64,000 nt of DNA from Monocercomonoides exilis PA203 (GCA_001643675.2 LSRY02000020.1:868001-932000); one strand, 5' to 3'. Shown: positions 32,383 to 47,644, counted from the stretch's first letter. Numbers and translations: made by a program. The notes: generated by a model not told the origin, from the sequence alone.

Positions 32383-35300
32383 ATGAATAAATTTACTGAT
32401 TGGCCACACATTCTTGACTGCGAACATCATGATATAGAACAGCAATTTTCAACTGTTTTAAATGCGGTTGTTAAGATACAAAGATGGTTTCGACATTGCC
32501 TATTTCAAAAGTACTTACGTGCCCGCAAAGCAGAGTGTGAATAAATCCATCTATCCAAAAAAATTTTTTTTAACATATATCTCATTTTGATTATGCGTCG
32601 ATTTCATTTTTAGCGTTTACGAGGATTCAACTCATGAAGCTACAAAAGACTATTTTTTAATTTCAGAAAAGAAAAGAAAAACTTTACCACCACATCTTTC
32701 TCATGTTTTGTTTGCTCATCGAGGCATTGGACTAGATGATGAGGATTCCGACTTTGAATTCACTGACAGCACCGACGATGCATTTGGATATTCGGTCATC
32801 TCTGAAGATCCATCAAATTCTCAATCATTGTCAACAACCGTTCAAACTCTCAAAAAATCTGCAAAAGGAAAGAAGAAAAAGAAATTAAAATCAAGTAGTA
32901 GAAGTAAATCAAGATCAAAAAGTAAATCTCCTCATCGCTCCACTTCTCCTCTCAAAAAAAAGAAACCCGCAAAAAGAACTACTGTTTTGCCTCCAGATGA
33001 TAATCCGTATACATACGATTTTCCAAAACCGCCGCCAAAGAATTTGAGCACCCAACAAGAAGCTGCATTGTCTTCTTTGGAAAAATTGAGTGAGAGATTG
33101 AAAAGGACTTCATTTCTGAAAAAGAAAAGATCACCGTCTCCTTCGTCTTCAAGCAAGCAAACGCTATCTGCCACATCAAAAAGTCTATCATCAACTTTGA
33201 ACGCAACAAGAATGTCTGCCCGCTCAGATGAATCTGAAAAGGAAATATCAATGCATTCAACGACACATTCATCTGCATGCGGTTCTTCGATCATTCGTTA
33301 TTCGCATTCTCTATCGTCTTCGCTTATTCAAGACACAAAGACAGAAGAATCTACATCACAGCAACCATTGAGTGAACAAAGAAAGGCTTTGAATTTAATT
33401 CAATCTGTAACAGACGGTCCATATCCTTCGATATACAATTCACTGTGCTTGGTGAATGCACAAAAAATACCACACCATCCAATCATAAGGCCCGTATTTC
33501 CTCAGATGCCAACCATCCATTTTTCAGTTCCATCACTTGTTAAATGCTTCAGTCTTGTCAGACAAACTGCTCGCTCACAATCCATATCTTCTAGGACATT
33601 AGCAACTTCTTCTTCTTCGTCTTCGTCTTCATCATCTTCTTCCATTCACTTTCCTTCATACAGAACAGTCAATGAAATGTCGCTGCTTATTAAAGGAACT
33701 TCAATTCTTGCAGTTGCATCTTCTTCTCCTTTTGAAGTCTCCACCAAAACAACCAGCACATTTTCCGCAAGCAACTCTTCAAAGGACGAAGAAAGTTTTC
33801 TCTTCTACATCCTTTTGATTGATACAATAAGTGGCACTCTTCTTGGTACACTTACTCCTCCGCCTCCACTTATTTTATCTCCAATCCATTCATTTACATC
33901 CACAGACAATGGGTCAGTCGTTGTTCTGTATACGAATGGAATGCTTCATACATATTCTGCGTATCATCCGTACTTCTCAGACTTTATGTCACTCAACTCT
34001 CAAGCACAACAAAAAAGCAATAAAAACAATGCTTGGCAAGATTCTGCTACAAGTACTTTAAACTCACCGCATCCACTTTTCACGCCTGAATCTACAAGAC
34101 AGCTGTGGTTATCTGAAGGTCTTCAGCATCACAATCAAAGAGATGGATTGTTAAGAAAAGTGGCAATGTCTTTCATCTCATCAATATCTTCTTCTGAATC
34201 AAGCAAATCTTCAGTTTTATTCGATAAGCATGACACTCTGCCACCAGAAAAAGTCAACTTATTTGCGCTGAACTGCTCTCCGCTCACTTTTTATGTGCTT
34301 CCATTCGTCCCAAAGCAAATAGGTGATGCACAAACTGAAGACAACAATGACAGCGATGATAAGAAGAATAAAATTCATCCTTTGGATGTATCTGTGTATC
34401 GTACATTTTCATCACCTCCATTCGCTGCTCTTCCTTTTCTTTCATCACAAGCCACGTCAACTCCCTCCTCCTCCTCCTCCTCTTCTTCTTCAAATGCAGA
34501 TTTAACCTTTGATGTTGATCAGATGAGAGAATCTCTTCTGATCCCTCCCTTTTATGACCCAAGAACACTTCACAAGCTAAACAACCCCTTCGAAATTTCA
34601 AAAAGTCCACGTTATTCAGCATTGGAGCCAGCTGCAAATTCTCAAATGGCTGCTTCAATAAGTCCATCACTTATAACAACATCGACATTTCCAGTTTCCA
34701 AGCTTCGTTCTCAGCCTCCTCAAACGTACTCTTCAATGAGAATTGTTCTGTTCTCAAGCAAAACTCTTTTTACTGTGCAAGAAATCAACATCCAACCACA
34801 TCACCCCCTTTATCCTCGCGCAGAAAACAACGAAATTTTCGACTTTGAAATTGTGAATGTGCCTTCGTCGTCAACAACTCCTAATCATTCATATTCCAAA
34901 GATCAAAGCGCATCACAATATGTTGTGTTTACTCTCATTGGATCTCTCTGTGTGTTTATTGCAGAAGCACAAAATGGAAACATTTGCTGCGTTTTGAAGC
35001 CAGACTTGACAATATGTGGAGCAGCAAAGAACAAGAGCGATGCAGAGCTTTCATCTGACGATGAAGGAAAGAGTAACTTGTTCAGTTATAATGAAGGCAC
35101 TTCATCTCAATTTGCACATCCACCATTATTTTTTGTTTCACCAAAGCTTTCATTCATTACTGTTGTAATGAATCCACTTGCATATTTCCGCCCTTTCAAT
35201 TCTTCCTCACAAAAACGAGGGCTTTCTTCTGAGCAGGTTGTGAGATCATCTTCTTCATTGTTCGTTTATTCCGACAAAAGCCTTTTCGCAAAGCCAGTCA

Positions 35301-38300
35301 TTTCAAACAGTACTGATAACTTCTCTTCTTCTTCTTCTTCTTGGCTTACAGCAACAAAAGGAGAAATTTGCCCAACCGCTTCGTTTGTGTTTGGTGTTGG
35401 ATGCTATCACAACATCATGTCTGTATCGCAGCTTCCTTCAACACAATATCTTTCTTTGGTTGTTCAATCACCTCTGTTCAACGATCAGTTTTCTTCTATT
35501 CGAAAAATGTCACCATTCATTTCACCACATTCAAGTCAATTCTCTTCATTTCAGCCAGCTTTCACACCTTCGCTGATTCTTCCTTCGCTTTATCTGTTTG
35601 ATCCACTTTGTTTCACACTTCATCCACAAATCGATGCAACACTTTCACTTTTCACAAATCAATCATCGCCAAACACACTCACAAAGCCGTTTTTCTCTTC
35701 TGCGCTTGCTCCATTCGGCCTTCCTTCTCCACTTTGCTCGTCTGTATCGTCAAAAACACCAGAAAACAGGCTTCTTCCCCCGTTTGCACTCTGCGGCTCA
35801 TTCACTCTCGAAAACAACACGTTCTTTTCTCTTTCGCAGACATCATCATCTTCTGCTTCTTCTACTTCACACCAGCCAATTGAAAGCTTCACTCCAACTT
35901 TCATCTCGCAGCATCCTGTTCTTTCCTCGCGTCTATCAATGCAATGGGAGCCTCTTCCAGAAACAGTTGGAGAGCGCAAGCCAAAGTATCGCAATGAAGA
36001 CGTCGGGCCATTCAACTTTACTGCTTCTCAATCTGAGTCATATCCTTGTGATGTTATTCTTTTCGCTAATCCAAGAAACGGACAAACTCCTTCTTCTACT
36101 TCTTCTTCTTCTTCTTCTTCTTTTTCCTTTTTCATTGTCCGCCGCGCTCCACATTCAACTTTGCTCAATTCTTTGCTCACTTCTCTATCTCATGCAGCTC
36201 CTTTCACGTTTTCCACTCGACTTCTTTCTTTTCTTTGTGATCAAGACAGTCCAATTTCACAATCAAGAGTCGAAAGAGACAACATCCAGTCCCTTTCATT
36301 TGGACCTGATAACACTTCCATTCAGTCTTTAACAGAGCGCGTGCTGATGCTATTGGGAAATCCCTTATCTTCTCCGCTTTTTGGAGCTAAAGAGATTGAA
36401 CCTTCGCAAAAGGCACTGATGCAAGAATCGGAAGACTCGGATGATATTTGGTATGACAAACCAACTCGCAATAGAGAAGCGATCAAAAAGAACAAATATC
36501 AGAACTCTTTTCATTTCTCTGCTTCAAGCAGCTCATCTTTCACATCATCATCTTCTTCTTCATTTCATTCTCCACAAACACTTTCAATTGTCCACCCTTC
36601 GTATTCTCTTTCTCGAATTGCTGACGATTGGCAGACTTTTTATTGCTTTTTATCTCTTCGACTTGTTGGTGACAGACCGGTTTCTGCATTTCGCACACCT
36701 TCTTCTTTCTATGCTCCATGCTTTGGTTTGTCTTCGGCTTCTTCTTCATCATTTTCGCGATCTGAACAATCATCATCCTCTTCTTCAAAGAATTTTTCGT
36801 CTAATTCTACAACATCATCGTTCTTCTCAACTTCAGCATCGTCTGCTGTTGCTTCATCGTTGATGATTTCACCGTGGTTCGCTTCTCCTCTTCAAAGAAT
36901 GCAGTGGTCCAAAATGACACAATATGTGAATAACACCTTGATTTCACTTGTCTTACCGCAGCTTTTCTCTTCTCCGATGTTCACCAGAAGATTCTGCCAA
37001 AAACGACTGGGTGAAGAAGCGCCATCACATTTTGCAAGAGACAGGGCCAACGAATACGAAAGCGATCAGTTTGGCCGTCTCACTTCTCGCTCTTCTCAGC
37101 GTGCTGTGACTGAACGGCATCAAGAGCAGGCAGGCAAGATACAAGCATCCCATTCATTGGTCTATCACAACTTCTTGCAAAGACTCGATGAATGGATTGC
37201 TTTCTTATCGAGCAAATCAGCTTCTGGCAGACTTTTAACAGGCTATTCTCCATTTGAGGCATTTGGAGCTGCGTCTTCAAGTGACATAGCCTTTCTTCGG
37301 GCATTACAGTTGATAGCGGCATTAGTGCAGACACCAACAGTTTATCCGCATCTTGTCTCTGATCTGTCAACTTTGCCTCCAAATTCTGCTCCTTCATCGG
37401 TTTCAATGTCTTTCGATACTTTGATTCGTCTCGTCACACACAACCCATTCTTCTCGTTTGATCGCTCGTTTGAGCCGAATTCTGACCATTCACTTATATA
37501 TTTGTCTCAGCTGCTGAAATCATGCTCATCATTCCCACTCAGCACATCAAGCACAAACCTTCCAAAGAACTTGACAAATGTAAACTCTCCAGGCTTTGCA
37601 CCTTTGTCAATTGGTCGTTCTGTTTTGCATTTGTTTTCTTCTCTTTCTTCTGGGAGTAACAATTTCTCGACGTCTTCTTTGAAGTCTCTGCTGACATTGA
37701 TGAATCCAACTATACAGTTGGTTAAAGAAATGGAACATTTGATGGATCAGACTGTCAAAATATTATCCACTCTCTCAGAAAAAGCAGGAAGCATCATGAA
37801 GCCGTTACCAAACGGTATATCTCCCCAGACTTCAAAAGAAGGGCTGAAGCCAAGCTATTCACAGGATACCACAAACAGTTTCATTGCGAACTACAATGAA
37901 GCAGAAGCAATATCATCGCAAGAACCTTCTTCATTTGCACTGACATCTCCATTATCTTTCTCTCTTCTTCATATGTGCTCTCGTCTCGTAGCTTGGCGGG
38001 TGCTTCGTGGGGTTGCAGTAACTTCGTACCGTTTGAAGGAGACACGCACACTTCTGCTGAACAACCTCCTGTGGACGCATGCTTCAAAAGGATGGATTTC
38101 ACAGGGTACAGACGAAAAACAGCAGAGGAACAGTCAAAACAAAGCATTAACCGCAACAACAGGAAAAGCTTCAGTTGCTTCTTGTTCTCGTATTCAAATA
38201 TCGTCGATCAAAACGATGCGAGATTTGATTCATTTTCACGGGCATTTAGCATCTGCTGAGTGGCTTCCTGCTTTTGTATGGCTGACATACCAATTAATCA

Positions 38301-41300
38301 CTGTGCTCAATAACTTCTCTGCTGTTCCATTCAAAACACTTTTGAAACAAAGATTATCTGAAAAGCAAAGAGACGAATTTGATTTCAGATCTAACAGGCA
38401 TTCTTATCAAAGCCAAAAGGAAAATGCAAATTCAGAAAAAATGCGAAGTGAAAATGTGTTGTGTGAATTGCTTTGTGATAGCGTTGTGTTCCCAGAAAGA
38501 GTGGGTATTAATCTCGAAACAAGCGAAGTGGTATTGCTTTCTTTGGAAGACACGACAGAATACATGAGAACGCATTCACTATTTCCTCATGTTTCTTTTT
38601 CTCCTCATTCGATCATTGATCGCACAGAAGTGACAGATCAATCAAATCCATATGCAAATTCTCCTCTTTCTTCTGTTCCTCTTCCTTTCTTTTCACCGTT
38701 CATCCCACCAGAGCTACTATCTCCTCAATCTCCTCTAACATTGTCTTCTTCCCCAGCACAAGTGGCCGCTTGGGGAATTGGACAGCTAATGTTAATGATG
38801 ATCTTTGGAGAAAAGCACTTGAATTCATATTCGGAATCATGGATGCAACATCGACGTGCTGATTTCATTGCAAGAAGATTGGAAAGAGAAAACGCACTCA
38901 GAACAAGAGAGAATGAGAACATTAATTACCTTTCAATATCTCACCAGCAAAGAAGACCTATTTCTTCTGGAACAAATCAGAAAGGGCTGAATCAAGAAAG
39001 TCCAATGCATTCTCCGTCTGCCATCCCTCCTCACTCATTCTTCTTTGATCCTCTTCGAAAAGTGCCCAGATCGACAAAAATGATACCAGTCAGAAAGACA
39101 TCAGATGGAACATCGCCTGGCTTGGTTCCAATTGTCGTTCTTCATCAGAACCAGAACATCTTCCCTGTTTCTGTAATAGCACACAATATGCGCTCGATGG
39201 CTCCTCCAGTGTCTGCTGTGCTAACTCCAATGCTGACCACTCCAAAATCTCCTTCATTTTCTCATAGTTTCGAGCCACAAGCAACCAGCCGGAATCTTCC
39301 TTTCCCTATCTATTCTCCTTCTCCTTCTCTTCCTCCTTTGATATCATTGCCATTGCCTTCTTTCGGAGCAAGTTCAAAAGCAGGTGATATACCCAACAAG
39401 CAAAAATTGAATTTCTCGCTTGAACCATTCACATCTCGATTCAGTCCATTTTCTCCATTTGATATTGATAAGCTTCTTTCTGGCTCACTTTCTTCAGGAA
39501 TGGCTTCTTTCCCATTCTCCTCATCATCTTCTATTGTTGCACAAACAACATCACTTGCTATTCCAACAACACCTGCTTCATTTGCCACACTTTCTCCATA
39601 TTCGCCAAAGCTGCAATCTTCTCAAAAGCAACTTCAAAGCGCTTCTACGAAAACTCTGCTAACGCAAAGAACTACCACTTCAAGGATCCCATTGAATTCA
39701 GCATCGACAAATCCTTTGCTTGATCTGATAAAGTGCAATCCATCGCTTGGCATGTTTTTCACATCGTATCCTGCTCTATTTGCTTCTCATTGGTCGTATT
39801 GCTTTGCAGAAGCAGAAACTGTTCCTGTTCCATCGTGGGCTGGTCGAGTGAATGAAAAGGCAAAGAAAAGGAAAAGAACAAGAGCGAGAAACATGACAAT
39901 GAATAGAAGATTGCTAAAGGGGAAGGACCAAGACAAGATGAAGCGGATCTTGACTGAATTAGACAGAAGAAAGCAGGCATTCCTTGAGAATCAAAAGAAG
40001 AAGCGTTTCAATTGGGTTTCTGGAACACCTTCTGCGAATCAGGGTAATAAAAAACAATCGTCACGTTCTGTCACTTTTGCATCTTCAACACAAAATTCAG
40101 GAAGAATCAGTGGATTAAGCAAAAATTGCACAGAGCAAACTGAGAACGCACCAACGATGTTCAACGAAGAATTGGAGTTCAAAAAAATATTGGAAGAAAT
40201 TGACAGCCAAGAAAAAGAAGATTTGAAAAGCACCAAATCGTATGCCGATGGAGAAAATGATAATGTTGAATTCTCAGAGCAATCTCAATCCGAATTGAGC
40301 TCAACGGATTTGAATTCTTCAACATTTGACGATTTCCCATCAATAAAGAAACGACAAGCATTAAACAGAAGTGCAGCTATCCAATCAACATCAGCAAAAA
40401 ATCAGGGAAATTCTTCTCAATTCGATCATTCTGTTCAATCTTCATCATCAAGAAGCCAGCAATGCTTCAGCACACCTGACATTTTGGCTTTTCTATCTCG
40501 TCTTCTTCCAGTTGTTGTTCAGTGTTTGAATCCAACTGGAGTTAACAGGCCATTCCCGAATCAGCTCATGAACTGCTTCTTCCCCGAAACAGATAATTAT
40601 CGTTTGCTTTTGTCTTCATTTGCTTCGAAAAGAGACAATCAAAGACGCAATGCATCAAATAAACCTTCTTCCCTTTCAAGCTCTCGTCCATCTGAATTGA
40701 CAATACCTGAAACTCCCAAGACTTCTTTTGACGCATCTGTCACATCAACTTTTCAGCCATATTTACCTTTATCTTCATTTGACAATCTGTTTGATGAGTC
40801 TACTTCAACTCCAAAATCTCCTCTTGGATCATCTCCAAAAAGAATGTCATTCCAACCTAAAGTTGTTCCTCTGTCTTGCCTTCCAATACACGTGAAATCC
40901 CAACTTTATGCGAAAGCTACGCTTTCTGCTTTTCTCTCCTCTCCTCGACCAGAAATGTATTTATCAGCCATTTTATCGCCTGCCATTGCATCGATTCTGC
41001 ACACTCGAATTGTTCCCATAAATTCTTTTGCTTCATTTTTGGATGCAGTTTCGTTCGCTTTGGCTGGAGGGAAGCTGTTTGATGTTGAAAAGGAAGATAT
41101 TTTTGATCAAGAAAAAGGTTCAAATGAGAACAGTAAGCAAGCAGTGCGCCAGAAGAACAAGCTTATCATCTCAACACCAGAAGCGCAAATAGACAAATTG
41201 AAAAATATGAAGTGTGTGAGCGAGCTTCCTCAAAAGTTCCAATTTCTTTCAAGCTTCTTTAAGAAGGGTACCTCGTCAACTTCATTTGTCCCGCTTTTCT

Positions 41301-44300
41301 TACTCCTTCTTATCAGAAGTGGCTTATTTAGACAGATTTTAGTGAGAACCCTGCGTGGAATAGGCGACATTGATGATCTTAAAACAATCTTGAGGGAGAA
41401 AAAATTGAGACACAGAGTGAAAGCTGGAGTGCAGCTGGATGCAACAGACAAGGAAGTGACTTTGCTGTATGGAGAAGGAATTGTGAAGGAAGAGCGAAAC
41501 AAGATGGTGCGAGAAAAGATGTACAGATTAGAGACAGAAAAACAGAAACTGGAAGAAGAGAACAACCGGAAAAAGGCGTCTGAAGATCTCGCGCTGAAAA
41601 GAGAGACGATTGAAGATCGAATGAGAAAGACGTCTCTCACAGGAGTGCGGCACAAAACAGGCAATCGCCAAAAAGAAGAGAAAAGAGGAAGCTCCGCAAA
41701 CTCATCTCTTTCTCCTTCTCGCCGTTCGAGCTCTCCTACTGGTGGTTTGCATAATTCACCATTCAAATCTTCATCGCCGTCATCTTCTTCTTCGCCAAGT
41801 AACCGTCATGCATCGCTTTCCCAATCACCTGATTTATCCGCATCTCCATCCTGTTCCTGTCAAAAAGCTTCATCTGCATCAAGTTCAAGTCAAATTGCGT
41901 CTCGAACAAATCGGCAAAGCCCCACAATTACTTCAAAGAAGCTTTTCTTGACTCCACCAACAGAAGACAAACTAGTTTTATCTGCAATGGAAGCAGCAAA
42001 TGCATTTGTTGTATCTGTTCGTCGCTTTTTGCTTTCTCTCTGCGAATGCTGCAGAGTGCACCAGAATTCTCCAAGTGGCACATCTTTATCAACTGACCCT
42101 AATTCTGATGCGAAAGCGAATGATCCAAGCAGTCAACACTCATCTGGCTCTGAACCGTATTCTTCGTGCTCAGCGTTGATTCCGCATATTGCAGTGTATT
42201 TTGCGCTGATGGGAACAGGAAATGAAAGGCAGCCTTGGGAGCGTCCTCGAAAGGTCATGCTTCCTGGAGCAGCTGCAAGCTCCTCCTCTTCTTCCAATCA
42301 AAAATCAAAATTGAGCAACACAAATGCTTCTAATTCACAAGATAGTGGAAATAATTCTGATCAAGGTGATGTCACTGTACTAATTACAAAATGGGTTTCA
42401 GGTTTTGATGATGGAACTGACTTTGATGTCGATTCAACTGCATCCAAAAAGGCACAAGCGATGCTTCAAACAGAAATGCAAACATCTGATTTGCGTTCGT
42501 TTTCTGAAAGCACCAAGCGATCTTCTTCTCCGCTGGCAACGAGTTCATCACGAGTTCACTCTCCAAGTGCTCTGAATACAAAAAGACGCGACAATTTGGA
42601 TTCCTCTTCATCTTCACCACTTCGTCAAACTGTTGGATCGAAAGAGTCAAATTCATTCTTAGATACAAGTTACACAGCTTCGAAACAAATTAATAAATCA
42701 ACGCTTTCTTCGATGAAAGAATCAGAAGCTATAAATGAAGAAGATGGAAATCTCGAGCTTACAGAATGTATTGTTCCAAAGACCCCGCTTGCTTCATCTG
42801 CAATGGAGATAGCCAGCTCGCACATTTACTATCCTCGAATGATGGCAACTCGTCTAGCAAAATATTTGCCATCTTCAGACAATACGCTTGCGTTATCAAC
42901 GCAGGAGAATGAGCAACAATTACTGAAACATACAATGAATAACAATCGAACATTCAGAAAATCAGATCCAGACACATTGCTTATTGCGAATCGCATTCTG
43001 AACGACACTCTGCCTTGTGATAATCCTGATGCCTTGCTTCTTCAACAGCACCTGCCAGCTGCACACAGCATGCCACAACTGCTTAATCGCTGTCGCATTC
43101 ATCACATAAACTTGACACTTGTGAAAATCCTATCACCCATTTTGCAGGCTCTCTTTGGAGCTGATGGACAAAGCAATGCAGACTATCCGCTGATGCAGCG
43201 CTATCTACGCCAGATGAAATCTGTCAGAGGGTTCTTTTTTGACATGAGGCGTTCTTATTATCAGATGGCTGTTGCAGACGAAAATAAAAGAAAATCAAAT
43301 CCGTTCATTCCTTCATTTTCTTTTGCTCTCCATTCTCCTGTCCTTCCTTCTTCTTCATTTTTTGCCAATCTTTCTTCTCTTTTGCTTTGTGCTGCGGAGA
43401 TGCACAATTCGTCTTCTTCTCCAGCTCGAATTGCATATTCCATCAATGGGTTTGAAAGAGCAATCTGTTCCGCTCTGTCTACTCATCGACCTTCTCCTGA
43501 CAGCCCTGGTGGGTTCTCAACTGCACCTGCATTGGCTGCTCTGCATTTGTACGGAGCGGAGAAGAAACTTGATGAGGAAACATCTCAAAAAGAGCAATTT
43601 TTGTTTGACATAAAAATTAGAGAAGAGAAGCTAAAGAAGAAGCTGGAAGATTCAACCACGATTGCCAGCATCGGAGAAAATGTGGACGAATTAAAACGAG
43701 AACTTGATGTAGTCATTGAGCGCAAGCAATCTATCCCATCGCAATATCTCGTGAAATCCTCTCAGATGACTCCTTCTTTTCGATTCGAAGAAACATCGTC
43801 TTTTGGATCGCTTCGTGCAATTCATGACATGGTGTTTGCATCTGTGCTTCTTCGGTTGCCCGACAGCTTCGGTGCAATGCTGATGCATCCATCAGGGATC
43901 GTGTCAACAGCTGCATCGTCTGCGATGCTCGCCTTTTTCACTGCCACTCAGAAGCTAAACTCTTTCACTAACACTCCTCCGCTGAATACTTCAATCTCAA
44001 GTCCATCTCCTTCATCACCTGATTCTTTGACCCCAACATTAAAACGGAAAAGAAAGCCTGAATTCTTCCCGTCCACATTCTGCTTCCCTCACTTTTCTCG
44101 CTTGTGGCAGTGCATCAATCAGCAAAAGCAAACCCCTTCAACATTTTTTGCTGTTTCATATCGTCTGTCAATCAACAAGGCGAAAGAAAAGAACAAGCAC
44201 AACATTCACCTGATTGAAGACACTAATCGTTTGAAGCATATTTCTGAGTTTATTCAATCTTCGCTGTTGAACACGAATGGCTCTTCGTTTTACACTCCAG

Positions 44301-47300
44301 TTCCCCCTTCTTTTGCGCCTTTTAGGTCAGCTGTAAGCGAACTGGCTTCTTTCTCAACAACATCATCTATCTTCAAGCAGAAATCAATTCGAATGGACTG
44401 CCTTGAATCGCAAGAAAACTATCTCTTTACACATATAAAGAGTCTACTTCAGGGAACTGATGCTGCTTCTAGCATAAATCATTCATCTGATCGATGGTCA
44501 CCTTCTTTTGAAGGCATTCCATTTGATGTTTCAAAGCCTTTGGATACAAGACGAACAAACACTTCGAGTCTAAGTGAATATTTACCAGAAACTGGAATGA
44601 ATCGTTCGCAAAATAAAACCATTATAGAGTCAATTAATGATGACAAAGAATTGATAAGCTGCATTTTCACTTTTGTAACATCAATTGAGTTTCTTGTTCA
44701 AAATGCAGAAATATTGATCCTGAAAGAAAAAAGAACAGAAATTGTTATCGATCTTGGTGTAGACGAAGCTGATGGAGAGTTCGCTTCCAATTATTCTGAT
44801 GATCAGCTTTCTGTCTCTTTGTCGTCTTCATCGTCTCAATTCAAAATGCGTCCATTTGTCTTTGCTTCCAACACTGCGCAGATAATGCTTTCATTGATTG
44901 TTTTGCTATTTATTTCATTAAAGCAGAAGCAAAATGAAGGCCATTACACAAATGCAGAAGAGCAGTCCGACAATGTGCAGACGGACGATCAGCCGCAGCC
45001 ATTTGCTTCATCATCCTCATCGCTTTCGTTTTCGTCGTTGACTCCTGAGGCAACTCCAAAACAGAGTAAAGAAATGAAAAGTGCGAATAAAAGTCAAATA
45101 AACTCCAAGCAATCGCCTAATATGTCACCTGACACAGCAGGTGATTCTGATGTTCCAAATCCTCCTCAGCTGTTCACTCAAACATCTGCCCTGTTTCTTC
45201 TTCTCTCGTTAATTCGATCTCTGACTGTGCTTTTGATCAGAAATCCATCCAATTCTTGTCAAACAACTTTCAGAGGAAGAGATAGAGCGATTGCTGAAGA
45301 AATGAATGAGGAACAGAAAAGGAACAATATTCAAGGTGATGAAATGAGAGAGGGCGATGACAAAGAAAGAGAGGATGACATGCTGAGAGCGATGGAAGAA
45401 GATGAGAACCAAGAAGTGGCCGAAGCATCAAATATGCAGTTATTAGAATCTTCGATAGACATCGGCTCGTATTTGCATTGCATGCTTTGTCATCATTGCT
45501 CATTTCATTCTTGGTATTCAAAGGAACAAAATGAATACCTTGTTTCATTCTTTTGCCTGCTTCAGCAAATATCGCAATATCTTATTTTCAATCCAATTGT
45601 ACTAAACAGTACGATTTCACTTGTCAAAAATCCAGCATCGGAAAAGCAATCACCTAAATTGCCTTCTACACAACACTCTCCAAAATCAGTGAAAAGCTTC
45701 AAGGAAATACAAGTTATGCGAACAGAAGAAGGAACACATCCATATTTCTTTCTCGCACAATCAGCATTCATTTCACTTATTGCTTGTATAATTCGTCTGC
45801 CAAACCAGCAAAATCCAATTAACATTCTCAGCACCATTTCACCCCCAATTCCTGGATCTCAGGCAACATTGTCAACACCTCTAACACCAGCCACACAAAA
45901 CAATTATAATGACATTGACCATTCGCAGCAACTCCCTTACTTTTTGGGAAAACAGTTTGGAAATCTGTTCCTATCGAGCTTAAGGCACCATCTTGAATCT
46001 GTCAAAGCTGCAAAAGTTCACAAGCAACCCGTTTTGAAGTTCATTGGAGGTGGAAATAGTGTCGTGCCTAATGTTGAAGAGCGTGGAAAAAATGCAATAA
46101 TTGGTATGCTTTCCAGAAGGGCTTTGTTTGAAGTTTTGCTTCTTTATGCTTCAAAAGTGGAAACTCCTGCACTAACAGAAATGTTGAACTCTTCATCAGC
46201 CTCTCCTGCATCCAATTATGATTTGGCACTGCAGAGTTCTCGAGCTTTAATCATTGGATTCCTCAAGACAGGCATTTTTGAGACATTATTCATTGATTGT
46301 CTGCAAACTACAGGTGTGGCGGAGACAGACCTTGCAAAGCCTGCGCCAGCAGTTGCATACTTCGTGGGGAAGTGTGTTATTCGATTGGAAGTTATAAATT
46401 TGCTTTCGTTGATTGTACAGCACACCTGCACATTTGTAAAAGTGACACACAGAAGACATAAAAGGAAAAGAATAGCAACATCGGATACAAAGTATTTATC
46501 ATCTGAAGCCGAGGAAGCTTTGCGTAATGGAGAAATAATTCTGGCAGATATAACTGATTACGAGGATGACTCTGAAGATAATCGGCACAAATCAAGAAAG
46601 AACATTCCAGCGGAAGAAGAAGATGACGATGTTGGACAGAGCGGAAACGAGTTGGATGAACTCGAATTGAATTTGAGTCTGGCCAAAATTGAACTGGATG
46701 CAAAAGATCAAATTCAGACTCCCACGACTCCGATGCCTCAATCTCCTTCTGCCTGTCGAAATACGAATGGGATAAAATCTGCGCTTGATGATGATTTACT
46801 GAACTTCACAGACACTGAATCAATGAGCGATGGAGGATGTGCAGAAAGACAACTGCTTTCTTCAGTTGCACACCACAGCATCAGGCAAAAGATCATCCGG
46901 CAAGTCAAACTAGCACGAAGAGTGAGAGAAGAAAAGGAAGAAGAGATTTCATGGGACTCACCCACTTCTGATGAACAGCCAAGCATTCATTCTTCAAAAG
47001 ACATAAACAGTTGTCTTTTGATTAAAGAAGACATGATTCGCACGTTCTGTAAATTTTCAGATTATATTTTAAGGTTTGAAGGGAAATTGCTTCAATGCTT
47101 GGAAGATAGGCGACTTAGCTGTTCGGCTGTGTCATTCCTGTCAGTTTTGTGTCGCATTGACGATGACAGGATCGAATATGCACTGGTAAATCAGCCAGCA
47201 CTCAAAGAAGGACTTCTGTTTGCTGTTAATTCTTTACCACCATATCTGAGGGAGAAAAAGAAAGAGCCTGTGATGTGCATCTGCAGAGACAAAAGAACGT

Positions 47301-47644
47301 TTGATGAGTTAATTTCGGATTCTACAAAAGAAAGGCAAGCAAGTTCTGAACAAATATCTCAAAGCAATGAAGTTGTTCACAAATACTCACTTGACAGATC
47401 AGATTTCCTAAATGAGCACAATCTTGTGGGAGCTGATAATGAATTGGATCGAGAATTCAAAAAAGAAATGTCACAATTTGGCAGACTTCTTTTATCTATA
47501 GAAAGAAAGAGAAAAAGGCAGCTGAAGCTTCTTGAATTGGGAAGCGAATTTGATAATATGGACGAAATATTAATTCATTTTCGAACGACGCATCCATTGA
47601 TCCAAGATTCAACGCTCAGAAAATTACTTCTAAGAATTGTTTAG
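32383..47644 (+). CDS. Giant (~5,060 aa) protein with N-terminal IQ motif, degenerate kinase-like C-lobe and helical C-terminal region (2 exons)
   Basis: Exon 32383-32534 (AVVKIQRWFRHCLFQK, IQ-like), intron 32535-32613 (GTGTGA...TAG), then a 15-kb exon 32614-47644 in frame with ORF 32708..47644. Kinase-like segments at about 38200-38820 and 40500-40585. Confidence 0.8.
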
